Shown here: positions 38,470 to 51,900 of the stretch, in pieces
Position numbering within the stretch: the stretch's first letter is position 1
How the letters are laid out: each line of letters begins with the position of its first letter
Assembly (NCBI GenBank): GCA_012295275.1
Contig: CM022670.1
Span: 1,426,001 to 1,490,000 of the forward strand
DNA from: Chrysomallon squamiferum
Taxonomy: Eukaryota; Animalia; Mollusca
Direction: 5' to 3'
DNA: 64,000 bases
Notes under the pieces: model-generated
Database searches by the model: none
What the model was told of the DNA's origin: nothing
Seen by the model: only the letters and a program-made list of their open reading frames with translations
Translations under genes and position numbers: made by a program

Positions 38470-41400
38470 GTTTGTTTGATGTTTTTTTTTGTAGGTTTTT
38501 AACATGATTTGCTTTCTTGTTTTTTCACACCTATGTTAATGAAAGAAATTGTAATATTTAAAAAATACTAAGTATTTCATGTTTAACTATAATTGGTTTT
38601 GTTTGTTTGTTTCTTTATTTATTTATTTACACCAGCAGATTTATTTTTCTTAATATTTCCATTCTCATTAATACAGATACTAGCAGTTATCTGCTGTTAT
38701 TTATGCTTAAGTTTTTGTTTTGTCTTGCATTTCAAGACATCCTGGTTGGAACAAGAACGAATTATGCATGAAGAATGTCGAATGATGGACCAGCGAGTGC
38801 GCGAACTCACCCAGCAGAACAACATGTTACACCAGCAGATGGAGAAAGTAAGTGATTTGTGCACAAACTGACAATCCCTTACCTGAAATCCCCAAATCAG
38901 AAACTGTTTTTCAGTAGGTCAGATAATATCATACAGTTTTCTTGTATTTTACTATAGAAGCACAAAATTATTAAAAGTACTCTCTGTGTAAATTGTGCAT
39001 GAAATAAAAACAGTTTTCAGTGTTTACACTTGGATCCTATCCACAGTCTGTATCAAATTCTATGTAATCTTTGTAAAGAATAATAACATTTTCATCTGTA
39101 GTAATAAATTAATATTAGCATTTCATTTATTTGTGGTGACTGCTCCCTTTTCTTCCTCTTTACCACATGATTTCAGTTCATTTTTGACAGTCGTATTTTA
39201 ATTAAAACCTGAAGGATTTTTTTTTTTTTTTTTTTTTTTGTCTCTATCACATCTTTCTTTAATAGGATTATGATTTTTCTAATTTGGTTTTCAAGATTTA
39301 CTGCCATTCATTTAAGAGTCTGCATTAATCTAATAATTTTGTCCATTTGTTATTTATTATATATTGATCTGACTGTGGTTGTTGTTGTTTTCAGCTAACA
39401 GGACAAGTGGTGAAGATACAACAAAAGGTACACGAGGATGCACCAAAAGAAGGGCAATCTGAAGACATTGTGAAAAATTCAGACCAGCTTCTTGAAGTTA
39501 TCAAGTAAAAATAATTTTAATTATTTAAAAAGAAACACCAAAAAAACAAATCCCAAATGAAAAACAACTTTAATTGAAAGAGCCATATTTTTTATTTCAA
39601 CTTAATTTGATTTTGATTCAATTAACTATCATGTTTTTTATTTATTTATTTATTTGCAGAGATATTTTTTTTTGGACAGCTCTTCAAATTGTTGAACCAA
39701 AATATTCATATTCATAATCATACAGGACAAATAGAAAACAAATTTATTATTTAAAAAAAAAAAAAAAAAATTCCATAAAGTATACTGAATAAAAGGGTTA
39801 CTAACAAAATATTTTTATTTCACAAAGTTTGTTTTAAGTGGGGTTTTTTGTTCTTGTTGTTGTTTCAGCATTTATTTTTTATTTATAATTTTCTAAACAA
39901 CACTGAGGCTTATTTCCTTGTGTCATTTTAGATTTTTGAAGAAGGAGAAGGAAATTTCCGAAACCCAGCTAGAAGTAGCCAAAGCAGAATGCAGTCGAGT
40001 AAACCAGCGATGTAGTCTGCTACAGCAACAGCTGGACGACGCAAATAAAACTTTGTCTGAGGAAAGACAAACATCTCAGGTCTGTATTTTCTTTCTTCAT
40101 GTTTCCCATTTATTACAATCTGACTGGTGAGTTGCAGTGTCAGAAGGGGAGCCTGAATTCAATTTATTGCTCATTTTCTGACATTTTGATTCTGGTTTTT
40201 CAAACTAGTATTTTTGTTTATTGAATAAGTGACACTTATTAACAGATTTCTGTTCCGTTATTTGCTTATTTTGGATTATAAAACTGGTATATCTGTTCTG
40301 TTATTTGCTAATTTGGATTATAAAACTGGTATATCTGTTCCATTATTTGCTGATTTTGGATTATAAAACTGGTATATCTGTTCTGTTATTTGCTGATTTT
40401 GGATTATAAAACTGGTATATCTGTTCCGTTATTTGCTTATTTTGGATTATAAAACTGGTATATCTGTTCCGTTATTTGCTGATTTTGGATTATAAAACTG
40501 GTATATCTGTTCCGTTATTTGCTGATTTTGGATTATAAAACTGGTATATCTGTTCCGTTATTTGCTGATTTTGGATTATAAAACTGGTATATCTGTTCTG
40601 TTATTTGCTGATTTTGGATTATAAAACTGGTATATCTGTTCTGTTATTTGCTTATTTTGGATTATAAAACTGGTATATCTGTTCTGTTATTTGCTGATTT
40701 TGGATTATAAAACTGGTATATCTGTTCCGTTATTTGTTGATTTTGGATTATAAAACTGGTATATCTGTTCTGTTATTTGCTGATTTTGGATTATAAAAGT
40801 GAAATTTGTGTTCACTAAATGCATGATACCTGTCTACAGATTGCTGTTCAAGCAGCAGCACAGCATGCAGACATGATGAAGAAAGTTCAGAATCTCAATC
40901 TGTTGACAGACAGTAACAAGTTGTTGAGAGAGGAGAGAGATAAACTGCAGAAACAGCTGCACGAAGCTGAAGCCAAGGTAAGACTGAGCTCAATGAATTT
41001 TATTTGATGTATGTTGAACACAGTGCATAAAAATAACGTAATAAATTGGTTAGCCTATACTTTAAGTTTGAAATCTTAAAATTGTGATGGCTTGTGAATA
41101 CGTTTTATATTTCTATATTTTTTCTTTTTTCGAGTAAAAATAAAAATGGCCATATTTGAAATAATATTTTCCATTTTTTTTGATACAAGCCATCTTTCAC
41201 GAGGTTTCTGTCTTTTTGGGAAGAAATGTGCATTAATTAATTGAGTTATTAGCAACATGCCAGAATTGTCAGTTTATTTTTCCCAGTTACTGGCTATAGT
41301 CATTTGAGTGAAGGATAGCTTGAACTGAAAGAAACAACAAACAAAAAACATCTGGTTGATGTGCAAAATAGCTATTGTACTATTTGAATTAATAAAAAAA

Positions 41401-43452
41401 GACAACACATTTTTTTTTTTTTTTTTCAAATTTGTTTTCTAGATAGTCCATTTATTTGTTGTTTGCTTCATTGCCATATTTTTGTTTATTTCCTATCTGT
41501 CCATCTTTTCATACTTTATTATTTTTAATTTCTAATTGTTTTTTTGTTTTTTTAAATTATTTTAACTTCCAGGTTAGGAAACTGGAAGAAGACATTGCGC
41601 CACACCAGGCTAATGTGCGATCCCTGACAGCTCAGAGAGACGCACTGCTCACCGAGAAGAATTCTCTGATCAGTGAAGTGGATCGATGGAAGTCGCGAAC
41701 AAACCACCTGATAGAACAGTCACACAAAGCTGATCCTGAGGAACACAAGAGAGTCATGTAAGTTTTTATACATCTGGGATGTGCGTGGTTAGTGACAGGA
41801 CTTAGCAGTTTGCGAGTTCTGACAAGACTTAGTGTTGTGTGAGTCAGTGACAAGACTTAGTTTTGAGAGAATTATGACAAGATTTACAACTGTAAGCTGA
41901 ATGAGGAGTTAGAATCTAACCTTTCGAACACATACAGGGAGCATAAATGTGGTATGTTTATCTTCAGTTAAGCTAAGAGTAATTGATACAGTACTGTTCA
42001 TTTCTGGGTTGTTGTTTTTCAAATTATATCTATGAATTTAAAAAAAAAATAATAATCTACATAAAATATTTACTTAAACATTTAATACAGTTTTATTTTT
42101 ATTTTAAAAATATTTTATGTTACGTACATGTTCCAATTGCAGGCAAGAGAAAGAAAACATGCGACGCCAGATAACACAGGCCAATGAAGACAGAACAAAA
42201 CTTAGGTAGTCTGGAATTTGTTAAAGATTTCAAAAATAGATAAATTTATTTCAAATTGTAACAAATTTCAGATGTTTTTGCAAAATTTATTTCAAAACTG
42301 ATTTAACTTGAGGATATTCAAACTTAGAGAGAAAAAAAGAAGAAAAAAAGACATGTAATTATTTTTTCAGTGTCAAAAACAATATTTGATAAAATATATA
42401 TTTCATTTCAGAGCTGAAATTACAAAACTGAATGCAAATATTCAGTCCAGTCAGTAAGTGTATTACTTTTATTTAATTTTAACCAAAGTTTATAACAATA
42501 TTAAATTTATATACATTAGTCTTTAGCAGGTGATAACTTGGTGATAAATCCATACGTACAAATATGAATGTTAATAATGTCCGACTCCTTATTTCTAAAA
42601 ACAATTTTTTTTTTGTTAATGATTTAAATAAGAATAAAAAATTGACAGTTTTATATCTAACAAATAGAATTGTGCTTATAATATGATAAATAACAACATC
42701 CACTTTCTGTTAGTCGTTATCAAGTTTGCAGGTATGTAGATTAATGTTGTCTACTATTTAATTATAACTTGTAATAAATCTTTTGTTACAGAAATGATCT
42801 TCAAGCTGCTAGAAATCAGATAACACAACTGAAGTAAGTTTTCTTTTTATAAACTACATATTATTATTATTTTTTTTTTTTTTAATGTGTGCTCCATATT
42901 TGCATTATTTAATCCGCTATAAAATGATACAAGTAACATCCGTACATTGATAATTCTGATTGCTGAATAACACATTTAGTTTCATTTAGTTAGTTTCGGG
43001 CTTTGACAATACAGACTAATAAAATGGCTAAACATGTTTACAATTTATTCTAAAAATTCATGCAAATGAAATTTCTTTTGTGGACTGTTAAAAGAAATAA
43101 AAAAGTTTATACAGCAGTTATTTTGGAAATGATTGTGTTGCTTTTAAATCTCTGAATTATACCTTGCTGTTCTCCATTTATATATTACAGTATTATAGTG
43201 TGTGCATGTATCTGTATATAAATTTGTAGTTTGTAAAATGTAAACAGTTTTTAATTGATTTTAAATAATTTTCTTCGTATTTTTTTTTTTTTTTTTTTTA
43301 TTAATTACAATCATATTAATTACATTAATGATTACTGTTACAGCGTGGAGATTACAAATCTGAAAACTCAGCTGGAAGTTAGCAATCAGGATACTGAGGA
43401 AAAGGTTAAAACTATTAATCAGGTAATTTCTCCTTGTCATCCTGTCAAGTTT

Positions 43453-43490
<38 letters not shown>

Positions 43491-46400
43491 TTACATTACT
43501 TTTATTTTCATCTTTTTCATCAGAAATAAAAAAAAGATGTAACCACCAAGTTGTGGGGGGAATTACGCCAACTATTTTGTATATTTTTAATTAAGTTAAA
43601 TTGTTTTGTTGGTCTTTTTTTTTTTCCTTCTTTTTTTTTTTATATGCAAAATATTTGTTGTCAATTTGTCACAGTATTTCTGGTTCTGCTGTATCATTCC
43701 AGGGTGAACTTACATTCTGGTTTCATTATTACAGATTCATGTTTATGAATTAAGTAGTTTGTAAAATTTTATGTAATTATTTATATTCCTGTCTACATGT
43801 GAAACAAAAGACATTCGTGTCAATAAATCATGACAGCTCTTGGTATAATAGCATGTCTGTATGATTTTCCAGATACATTTAAAATTCTGAGATTTACAAA
43901 ATATTTTTTAATTACATGTTCTTCAGCAGTTTTTCTAATTATTTTCTTCAAGAATGCAGATGGCTAACATTGTGATATCAGAATGTGGATTTGGTTTATT
44001 TTTTCTCTTCTAATTTTTCAATTAAAGTTTTATACATTAATACTTTTTGCAGCTGAAAAAGATTGGAAGGAAGTACAAAGAACAGACAGAAACGTTGAAC
44101 AAGTCCATGGAAGACCAGAAGAAAGAGCTGGAAAACAAACAAAAAGAATTTGAAGAACTGAAAAACAAGTCTGCCAGCCAGGAGGCTAATCAGCCCAACA
44201 TGGCCGCCTTGGAGCAGACGACAGCTGAACTGAGAGGAAAGATGAGTACTGTAGAGAAAGAGAGAGATGAACTGCAGCAAAAAGTGAGACAGAAAGAATC
44301 GGACATGACAGAAATTAAGGAAGAACTTGATAGAACAAAGAGGGTAATATATGATAACGGAAAAGATTTACTTTTCTGAAAGTTAGAAAAAATAATTTTA
44401 CAGCAGCTTTTTACAGATTTGTTATTTTTTTTTTTTTACTTTCAAGAATGTAATGAAGAGTTAACATTTCTGGCTCATGCTAATGTTTTCAGAACAGTTA
44501 CTTGGCTTTAAACATTTTTTACTTTAGCGTTTTCCATATACAGTATATTCTTAGTTCTTTACTATTAGATTTTGTGTTACAAAGGAATACCATAACATTT
44601 ATTGCAGAGTTATAAAGAAAGTATTTCATTTAAAAAAAAATGTATATATGTTAAAAATTACAAAATAATTTATTTTAGGAATTTGGTGAACTGCAAGAGT
44701 CGAGTAAGAAACTGAAGGAGGAAAATGCAGAATATGAAAAGAAGCAGGCACATTCACGAGCTGTGCTGCAGACAGCTAAAAATAAACTGACCAATCAGAG
44801 GCAGCAGCTGGAGTTGTTGACCAGTAAAAATGAAGAACTTAAAAAGAAAGTTGCTTCCAGTGATGCAGCCCAAAAAGGTATCTTTTTGTTTTGCAATTTT
44901 CTTTGTGTATGTGTGTGTGTGTGTGTGGGTGGGTGGGTGTGTTTTTGTGTTTCTGTATTACAAAACTTTTCTAGATTTAATTTTGATGTTTTGACATGAA
45001 ATGGTTTTTAGAAATAACAAAATAATTCAATTATTAATATTCATTAAAAGAAGAGAGTGAAATGCGATTCAACTCGATGAAGAGCCAGTTTGAAAGCCGA
45101 ATTGCCAGACTGGAAAAAGATTTGCAGGAAGCAAGGACATCGTCAAATTTACCTGATACCTCAGATTACCAGCAACAGCTGGAAGCTAAACAGAAAGAAA
45201 TCCATGAACTCCAAACAAGGGTAAAATAAATAATACTTCAAAAACAAATTTTTTGAAAATTGTTGCAAAACAAAATTAATGTCTGTTTATGTATTAGTAT
45301 TATGTACATTAATTAATGATGAATTTTAAATCATGTATTTAGCTTCTAGTAATTTGTTATAAAAAAAAGATATTTTGTTTTTCCTTTTAAAATTTGGATT
45401 TTTGGTATAGTAAACATATTTAATTTGAGGTTTGAAAATAAACAAAAAAAATTGTCATTTTATGTTGACATGGTGTAATATATCAAAGTAACTGTAGAAA
45501 ATGTTTTTTTTCTTGTTCTTTTTTTTTTTTTAGATGAATCTTCTTCAGAAAACCTTAGAAAATCAACAGAAAGCTCAAGCACAAACTCCCAGTATAGCAG
45601 GAAGACCTGCTGCAACAGCACAGCCAAGGTAAATTATAAATTAGATACAAAAAACTGTATTGCATAAAATGTTTTTATTTATTTATGAATTCTAATTTTT
45701 CTTTTCAAACAAAAATGAAAAAAAATGTTAAAAATTAAAACCCACAAGCATGATTCACTTTGAGATTTTATTTTCTGTTACATTGTCTTGTATTGGATGT
45801 ATTTCAGCATTGTGACTGCAGAAACTCCCAAGAAGGCCAACATACGCCCAATGGCAACAGCTGTAACCTCTGTCAGACCTACAACTCCCATTTCCCACAG
45901 TTCCGCAGCTGCCAAAGTCACAGCCAGCATTCGCCCAATGGCTATAGCATCCACGTCAGCTCCTCAAGCATCCACATCAACACCAACAGCAACGGTCATG
46001 CCTACAACAGTGACACAGCAAGAAGCTGGTGATGGTAACAGCATTTTTAAATTACATAGATATCACCTCACTGATTATTAAAAGTAAATGGGCTATTCAA
46101 ATTAAAATGTCAAAATGTTATTTAGTTTTTGTCATATTTGGATCCTAAGTTAACCTAAATTTGACTCTCCTGTTTTTGCATCTTGAATTACTGTGTGATA
46201 GTTAACAAAATGAATTCTTAAAGCAGTATTTTATTTTTCTTCTCTCATTATGTAGAATTAAGTACTTCTGTAAAAAGCATCTTTAAAACTATAATCCTCA
46301 TGTAATGTAATCAAGGCTATGCTAGCACTCTTCAGTGAAAAAGTGAAAAATAACTTTAAAAAATCAGTTGTTTTTCTTCTCTGTTACCACTATGTGAGAA

Positions 46401-48897
46401 AGAGAAAATAAAAAGAAGAAATTGTTTTCTAACTGAAAATTAAGAAATCAGATATTCAGCAGTATTAAATACATCTTTGCTACTTCTTCTTTTTTGAATG
46501 TGTATTAATTTATATTTTAGATCTGTTATCATCGTCGTCATCAGCTCCTCAGACAAGCACTGGAGGTATTCCATCTGCCAGTGTCATAGCCTGGCCACAG
46601 CAAGTCCAGAGAGTCTCACCACAGGTGGAAAGTATTCAGGGTGTGTGCTCATTTCTCATAAATTACATGTCATGGAGTTTGGGTCGTCTGTATTAGACAT
46701 CTTTTCAGCACTAGCACAGTTTTAACCAAGTCTTACAATAATTTATTTAATGATCTACTGTCAAAACTTTATTTTTTTTATAATTTATTTATTTTTCTCT
46801 CCCTCTTAGATTTTATTTACAAATATAATAACAAAAGGGTTAAAGTAATATTTAAAGATCATTTTAATAACAATTGTATTAGATGAGGTTTAACTTTACA
46901 TCTGTTTTGTTATTTAGGCAGTGAATCTGATCTGCTAGAGGAAACCTCGCATGTTACTGAGCAGCCTTCCCAGCAGACATTGCAACAGACAGTGCAGCCA
47001 GTGCCATCTACTTCCTCCCATATTGCTACAGCAGAGACATCTGGTGTGGTTCAAACTTCTAAGAGGCCAAGAGATGAGAATGAAGGGTTTGTGTCAGTAT
47101 TTTCAAAATGTTCCACTTTGTAGAAGTGTAGTTCTTATAAATCCTAACTTGGACAGATGTACCTATGATTTAACAAATAAAAAAAGAATTGTACAAATCT
47201 ACGTATCAAGGTTTTGCACATACATGTGTAAAATGGTTTCTAGAATTTATAAAAGTATAGCAAAAATTATCATGTTCATTTCTTAAATTAAATAATTGTT
47301 TTTAGTTGTTTTGTTGTCATTGTTGCTTTCTTTTTAACAAAGGTCAGTAATTAGTAAATTAACATATTTTAATTATTTTTCAGTCAAGAGGACCAGGAGA
47401 CTCAGGCAAAAAGAACAAGAATTGGACAGGTTTGTAATATTCAAACATCTTAACATTTGTTTATAGCCTGAAGTTACAGTGCTTTTTTATTTCCTTTCTT
47501 TTTTTTCTTTTCTTTTCTTTTTTTTCTCTTCTATTTTTTCTGTTTGTGAATTTATCTTAGAATGTTTACAGCTGTTTCCATTAACCTTTTCACAAGATCA
47601 TTCTCTCTTACCTAAGATTAATTCGAGATAAAAGTACAGTGATTTTTCTTGTTTTGGGGAAGAGGTAGGTTTCTGTTTTACTTTTTGGTGAAGTTTCACA
47701 TTGACTCTTTTACAGGATCATTCTCCAATACCAAAGATCACTCTGACTGATGAGAATTCTCACACTGTGAGTCTGGAGTCGCCACACAGTCAGGACAAGC
47801 CTGCTGTCGTTGCACCTCAACCTGTCCAACCCATGCCACAGGAAACTTCAACTTCCCAGGTTTGTAATGTTTTAGCTAGCAGTACACACAGATACATTAA
47901 TGCAAGCCAGAGGATCCCATATTCTTGATTGTTTTTTGTTTTTTTCTCTTTCCCAAATAAGCATTAATTTATCTAAATATGTTCAGATTTCATTTAAAAA
48001 AAAAATGTGTTCAAGCCTTTATGTTAAGACCTGTTAAGTCTGGACCACCGATCCAAAGGTCCAGGTAAAGAATGCTGTCAGTAGGTTATTTAGACAAATG
48101 AAACGCCATACCGTGTCCAGCAGTCAATTGTAAGAGAATGTTATTACAGCTTTGTGTTGTTGTTTTTTATTCCAGGCAGAGACGATAACTGTTGCACCTC
48201 TGTCTACTGACATCACAACACCATCAGACAGTGGTGCAAAATCTACTGAGCAGGTATGAAATTTAAAATTTCCTTTATTATCTGGGGTTTTTTTTCTTGT
48301 AGAGATGGAATGTGGTTCATGGAATGCTGTGTATGAGGTTAGGTTCCCGCATCAAACCATCTCCATACACACATTAATCTATTTCCAGTTTTTCCATGAC
48401 TTGTTAATAAAATTCAGCTGAGCAAAATTATAAAGAAATTCTCTCATGCACCTAATAAAAGAATTGATAGCTGTTAACTTAAAAGTCTTACAGTGCTGCA
48501 GAGACTATATGTAATTTTGTTGAAAAGCTGTGATATTGTAATGTATATTATTTTCTGTAAATCTTCAGATCCAAGCTTCAGAATCGGTAACATCAAGTAT
48601 TTCTCAGACGCAGATGAGTGTGATTCAACAGAGACGGACAGAAGAGTCTAAAGGAGATGTGATATTTGTACCAAGTGATGAGGAAGAGGTTTTTACTCGT
48701 TCTATTTTATTTTATTATTTTTTTAAAGCAGTTCTTTTTCTTTTTTCTTTTGTTTTAAATTTATTTTTGTTTGTTTAGTTTTGATAATTTTTATTGTTTT
48801 GTTTTTGGTTGTTTTTTTTTTGGTTTTTTGTACTGAGAAATAACTGGTGAATTTAAGCTTCAGTTTTTTACTTTTGTTATTGTTATTGTTATTGTTG

Positions 48898-48937
<40 letters not shown>

Positions 48938-51900
48938 AATCCATTGAAATCAAAATGTTTTCTTTTTTTAATAATGTGCTTGTGAGAAAAACTGAAACTA
49001 AAGAAATCTTCACCAATTAAGTAGTGTTTGCACTGGAATTTAAGTGTCCTTCCATCTGTTTTGCCACCAGATAGACTTTTTATTTATCCTTATTCTTCTT
49101 TTATTTTATTTTTAATTTAATTTAATTTAACATTTTTTTTTTTTTTTTATTGTAATCCTTTTTTTTTTTACACATATTCAATCTTAATAAAAGTAGATAA
49201 CTCTACTTCTGTTTAAATAGGGCAACAATATGAATCAAATGCAAGCATTTGAAGGAAATGCTCCAGAATATGCTGTAAGTTTCCTTTCGGAAATATTTCA
49301 TAATGAGCACATTTGTCAGTCTCCATTTAATAATATTTATTTATTTATTTAAAGATTAATTTTCTTAATAAAATTCATTTAAACACCTCAGTATACATAT
49401 ATGTACATGATGTTAATTTATAATTATTTATTACATAAATACAGTATAGTAAAAACATTTAATGTTTCTTAAAGGAATCTGATGAACAGATGGATGAAGA
49501 GGATGAGGATGATGAAGATGATGAGGATGATGATGACGACGATGATGAAGATTATGAAGATGATGATGAAGAAAAAACTGGTGGTGATGAACATGATGAT
49601 GATGTTGTTATCATTGGTAATTAAAATATTCTCTGAGTACAGAGAAATCCTGTTACATCATTGATAAATGTAATCCAACAGGACATGACAAACTAAATGC
49701 ACAAATTTACATACACACACACACACTTATATATAATACAAATTCATGTTATAATGTCTTAATTGTTGTTTATTCCCTTGAGAAAGGTTTTTGTTTTGGT
49801 TATTTTAGGGTGTTAAAATAAATGGCAACTGCAGTGTATAACGACCAGAAAAAAACAACTTCTCATTAAAATGCCAGGTTACGGTGGTGGAATCCTCTCT
49901 GCAATCAACACCTTTCCATATCTGAATTATAATGACCTAATTAAAATAATGACATGACCATTTTGAAAAAAAAAAGAAAAAAAGAAAGAAATTGCTAGGA
50001 AGAATTAATCACTGACAGTATCCAGACATTGCCAATTGTTTGTTGCATGTAGTTACAAGTGTTATGTCTATGTGTTTATATGTAGAAGTATATTGCCATA
50101 TAATAAAACATAGATATGAATGTAATGTAATATAGGTATGTATGTGTTTAGGAGGGTAAGAAGGCAGCTGTGTATGTAATGAATATATAGATGTACATGT
50201 ATGTCTATCCATCTTCTTGTGAAGGTGATAATACTGAAATAATAATTTATTCATGTTTCAGATGTTGATGAAAATGACCAGCAGATGACATCACAGAATA
50301 TTGCAGAAGGATCGTCAGAATCCCATCAAGTCACTTCACAGCAGTCAGCTACCGGTTCAAACCCACCTGCACCCCTGCAGTCCATGAATCAGACAGCTGC
50401 AGGAAGAGCTCAGTTAACTCCCTTTTTACTAGGGGTCAGTGATGACTAATTTTAATAATTATTTTTTTGTTGCACATACATTTACAGACCTTATAATCTG
50501 TCACAATTTAATTAAGAAATGTATTATTATTACTGGAAATGATTTTCATTCTGATACTTCATATTGCAAATCTAGTTTAAAATTTGTTAAACTTGTCAAA
50601 CTGTCATTCATATGTACACTGCTACATAATTCCTGTGTGATTTTTTTTATTATTTATTTATTATAAATTATTTTTATTTTTTTTTTTTAAATTTAAAAGA
50701 ACATGGTTTAATTAATGGGTTCTGGTGAGGTTTTTTTTTTTGTTGTTGTTGTTTTTCTTTTTATAATACAAAATGAAATTTAAAACTGCAGTCCCAGCCT
50801 GGTCCATTTGAAGAAGAAGACTGCACTGTACCGAGTACTCCAACACTGTCCCTGCCTCGCCGTGGAGATGGCTTCGCAGAAGCTTTAAAGTAAGACTCAG
50901 CTTTGTGATTTATAATACTTCACTTTGTACATTTTAGTATCTTCATGCCATATTTTAGTTAAATATGTTTTTATGTCTGTCAAGGATCACTTCAGTTTAT
51001 GAGATAATGGAAATCAGTCTGTGTCTTAAATTTTGAAGGTATTCACCATGAGCTGGTTAAATTAAAGTTAAACAGTTTCAAGAGAAGAGTGTTAAGTGGA
51101 TTTTGTTGATACATTTACTTGGAGATAGGGGTGGTGTGTGTTAATGTATTGAACAGGCTTGATCTCACCTGGATGTTTATATTAATTTCCCATGTAATTT
51201 GAAGAAACAAAATAGCTTTTTAATTTTATAGGTAGTAAATGAGAAATGTTATCTCTCAGTTTTATCGTATGTTCTTGCCTTTCTCTGTACATCTGAGTCA
51301 TTAATTTTGTAACTGTACTTTGTTATTAGCTAATATTGGTACTCTAGGGTAAAAATAAGACAACAAGATGGAAGTGTATAAAAGTGTTATTTCGGTGTTC
51401 AGTGGTTGTTTTTCAAAAACTGGTTTGTACCTAGATATTAGATGGTATTTTTTTACATTGACAGTTCACCCCAGGTACCACAAAGTTTTGTTTTTGGTAG
51501 TGGAGTTGAAGGTCTCAGTCAGCCAGAACTTGCACAGTTAGAGTCACAGAGAGGTGAGTAAAACTGTTATTATTTACATGAACAGTTAAAATAATTACTA
51601 AAGTATTTGTCCTGTCCACATCTTTAAAGTTTAATTTATTCTCTAACTACATGATTCACAACTCTTAATTCCACTTTGTAAAAATGTCTCCCTTAAAAGT
51701 ACTTCATCTATCTCAGTTCTGCAATTTGTATTGTTGTCTTGAAAAATTATCACGTTTGGTTCTTAAGTTATTTTTGTATGACAGTGTATTTCTACTTATG
51801 GATATCACAGTTTAAAAAAGAATATCAACAAACATACATGTGGAAACTTTCTGCAATACATACTGAGGTATTGTTAAAGAAAAGCCTATTGATTTTTTAT

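Noticed and set aside
40249-40798. CRISPR-like array
   Set aside because: Units are contiguous with no unique spacers, in a eukaryotic intron with no cas genes; it is a minisatellite.
41792-41890. Repeat-spacer pattern (GACAAGACTTAG x4)
   Set aside because: The intervening segments are short and related to each other (all contain GAG near the same position), consistent with a decayed tandem repeat.
44878-45050. Possible U12-type intron (donor GTATCTTTT)
   Set aside because: The donor deviates from GTATCCTT and there is no properly placed TCCTTAAC branch point.
48300-48470. tRNA-derived SINE fragments (also ~49820-49960 and ~61620-61750)
   Set aside because: Only a faint resemblance from memory, with no clear A/B boxes; not supportable without a repeat search.
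22765-49016. Short ORFs rich in poly-Y/L/I/N
   Set aside because: Translations of (TTA)n microsatellites and AT-rich intron sequence.
49475-49616. (GAT)n repeat as a non-coding microsatellite or poly-Met ORF
   Set aside because: It is the acidic Asp/Glu exon of TPR read in the wrong frame by the ORF track.
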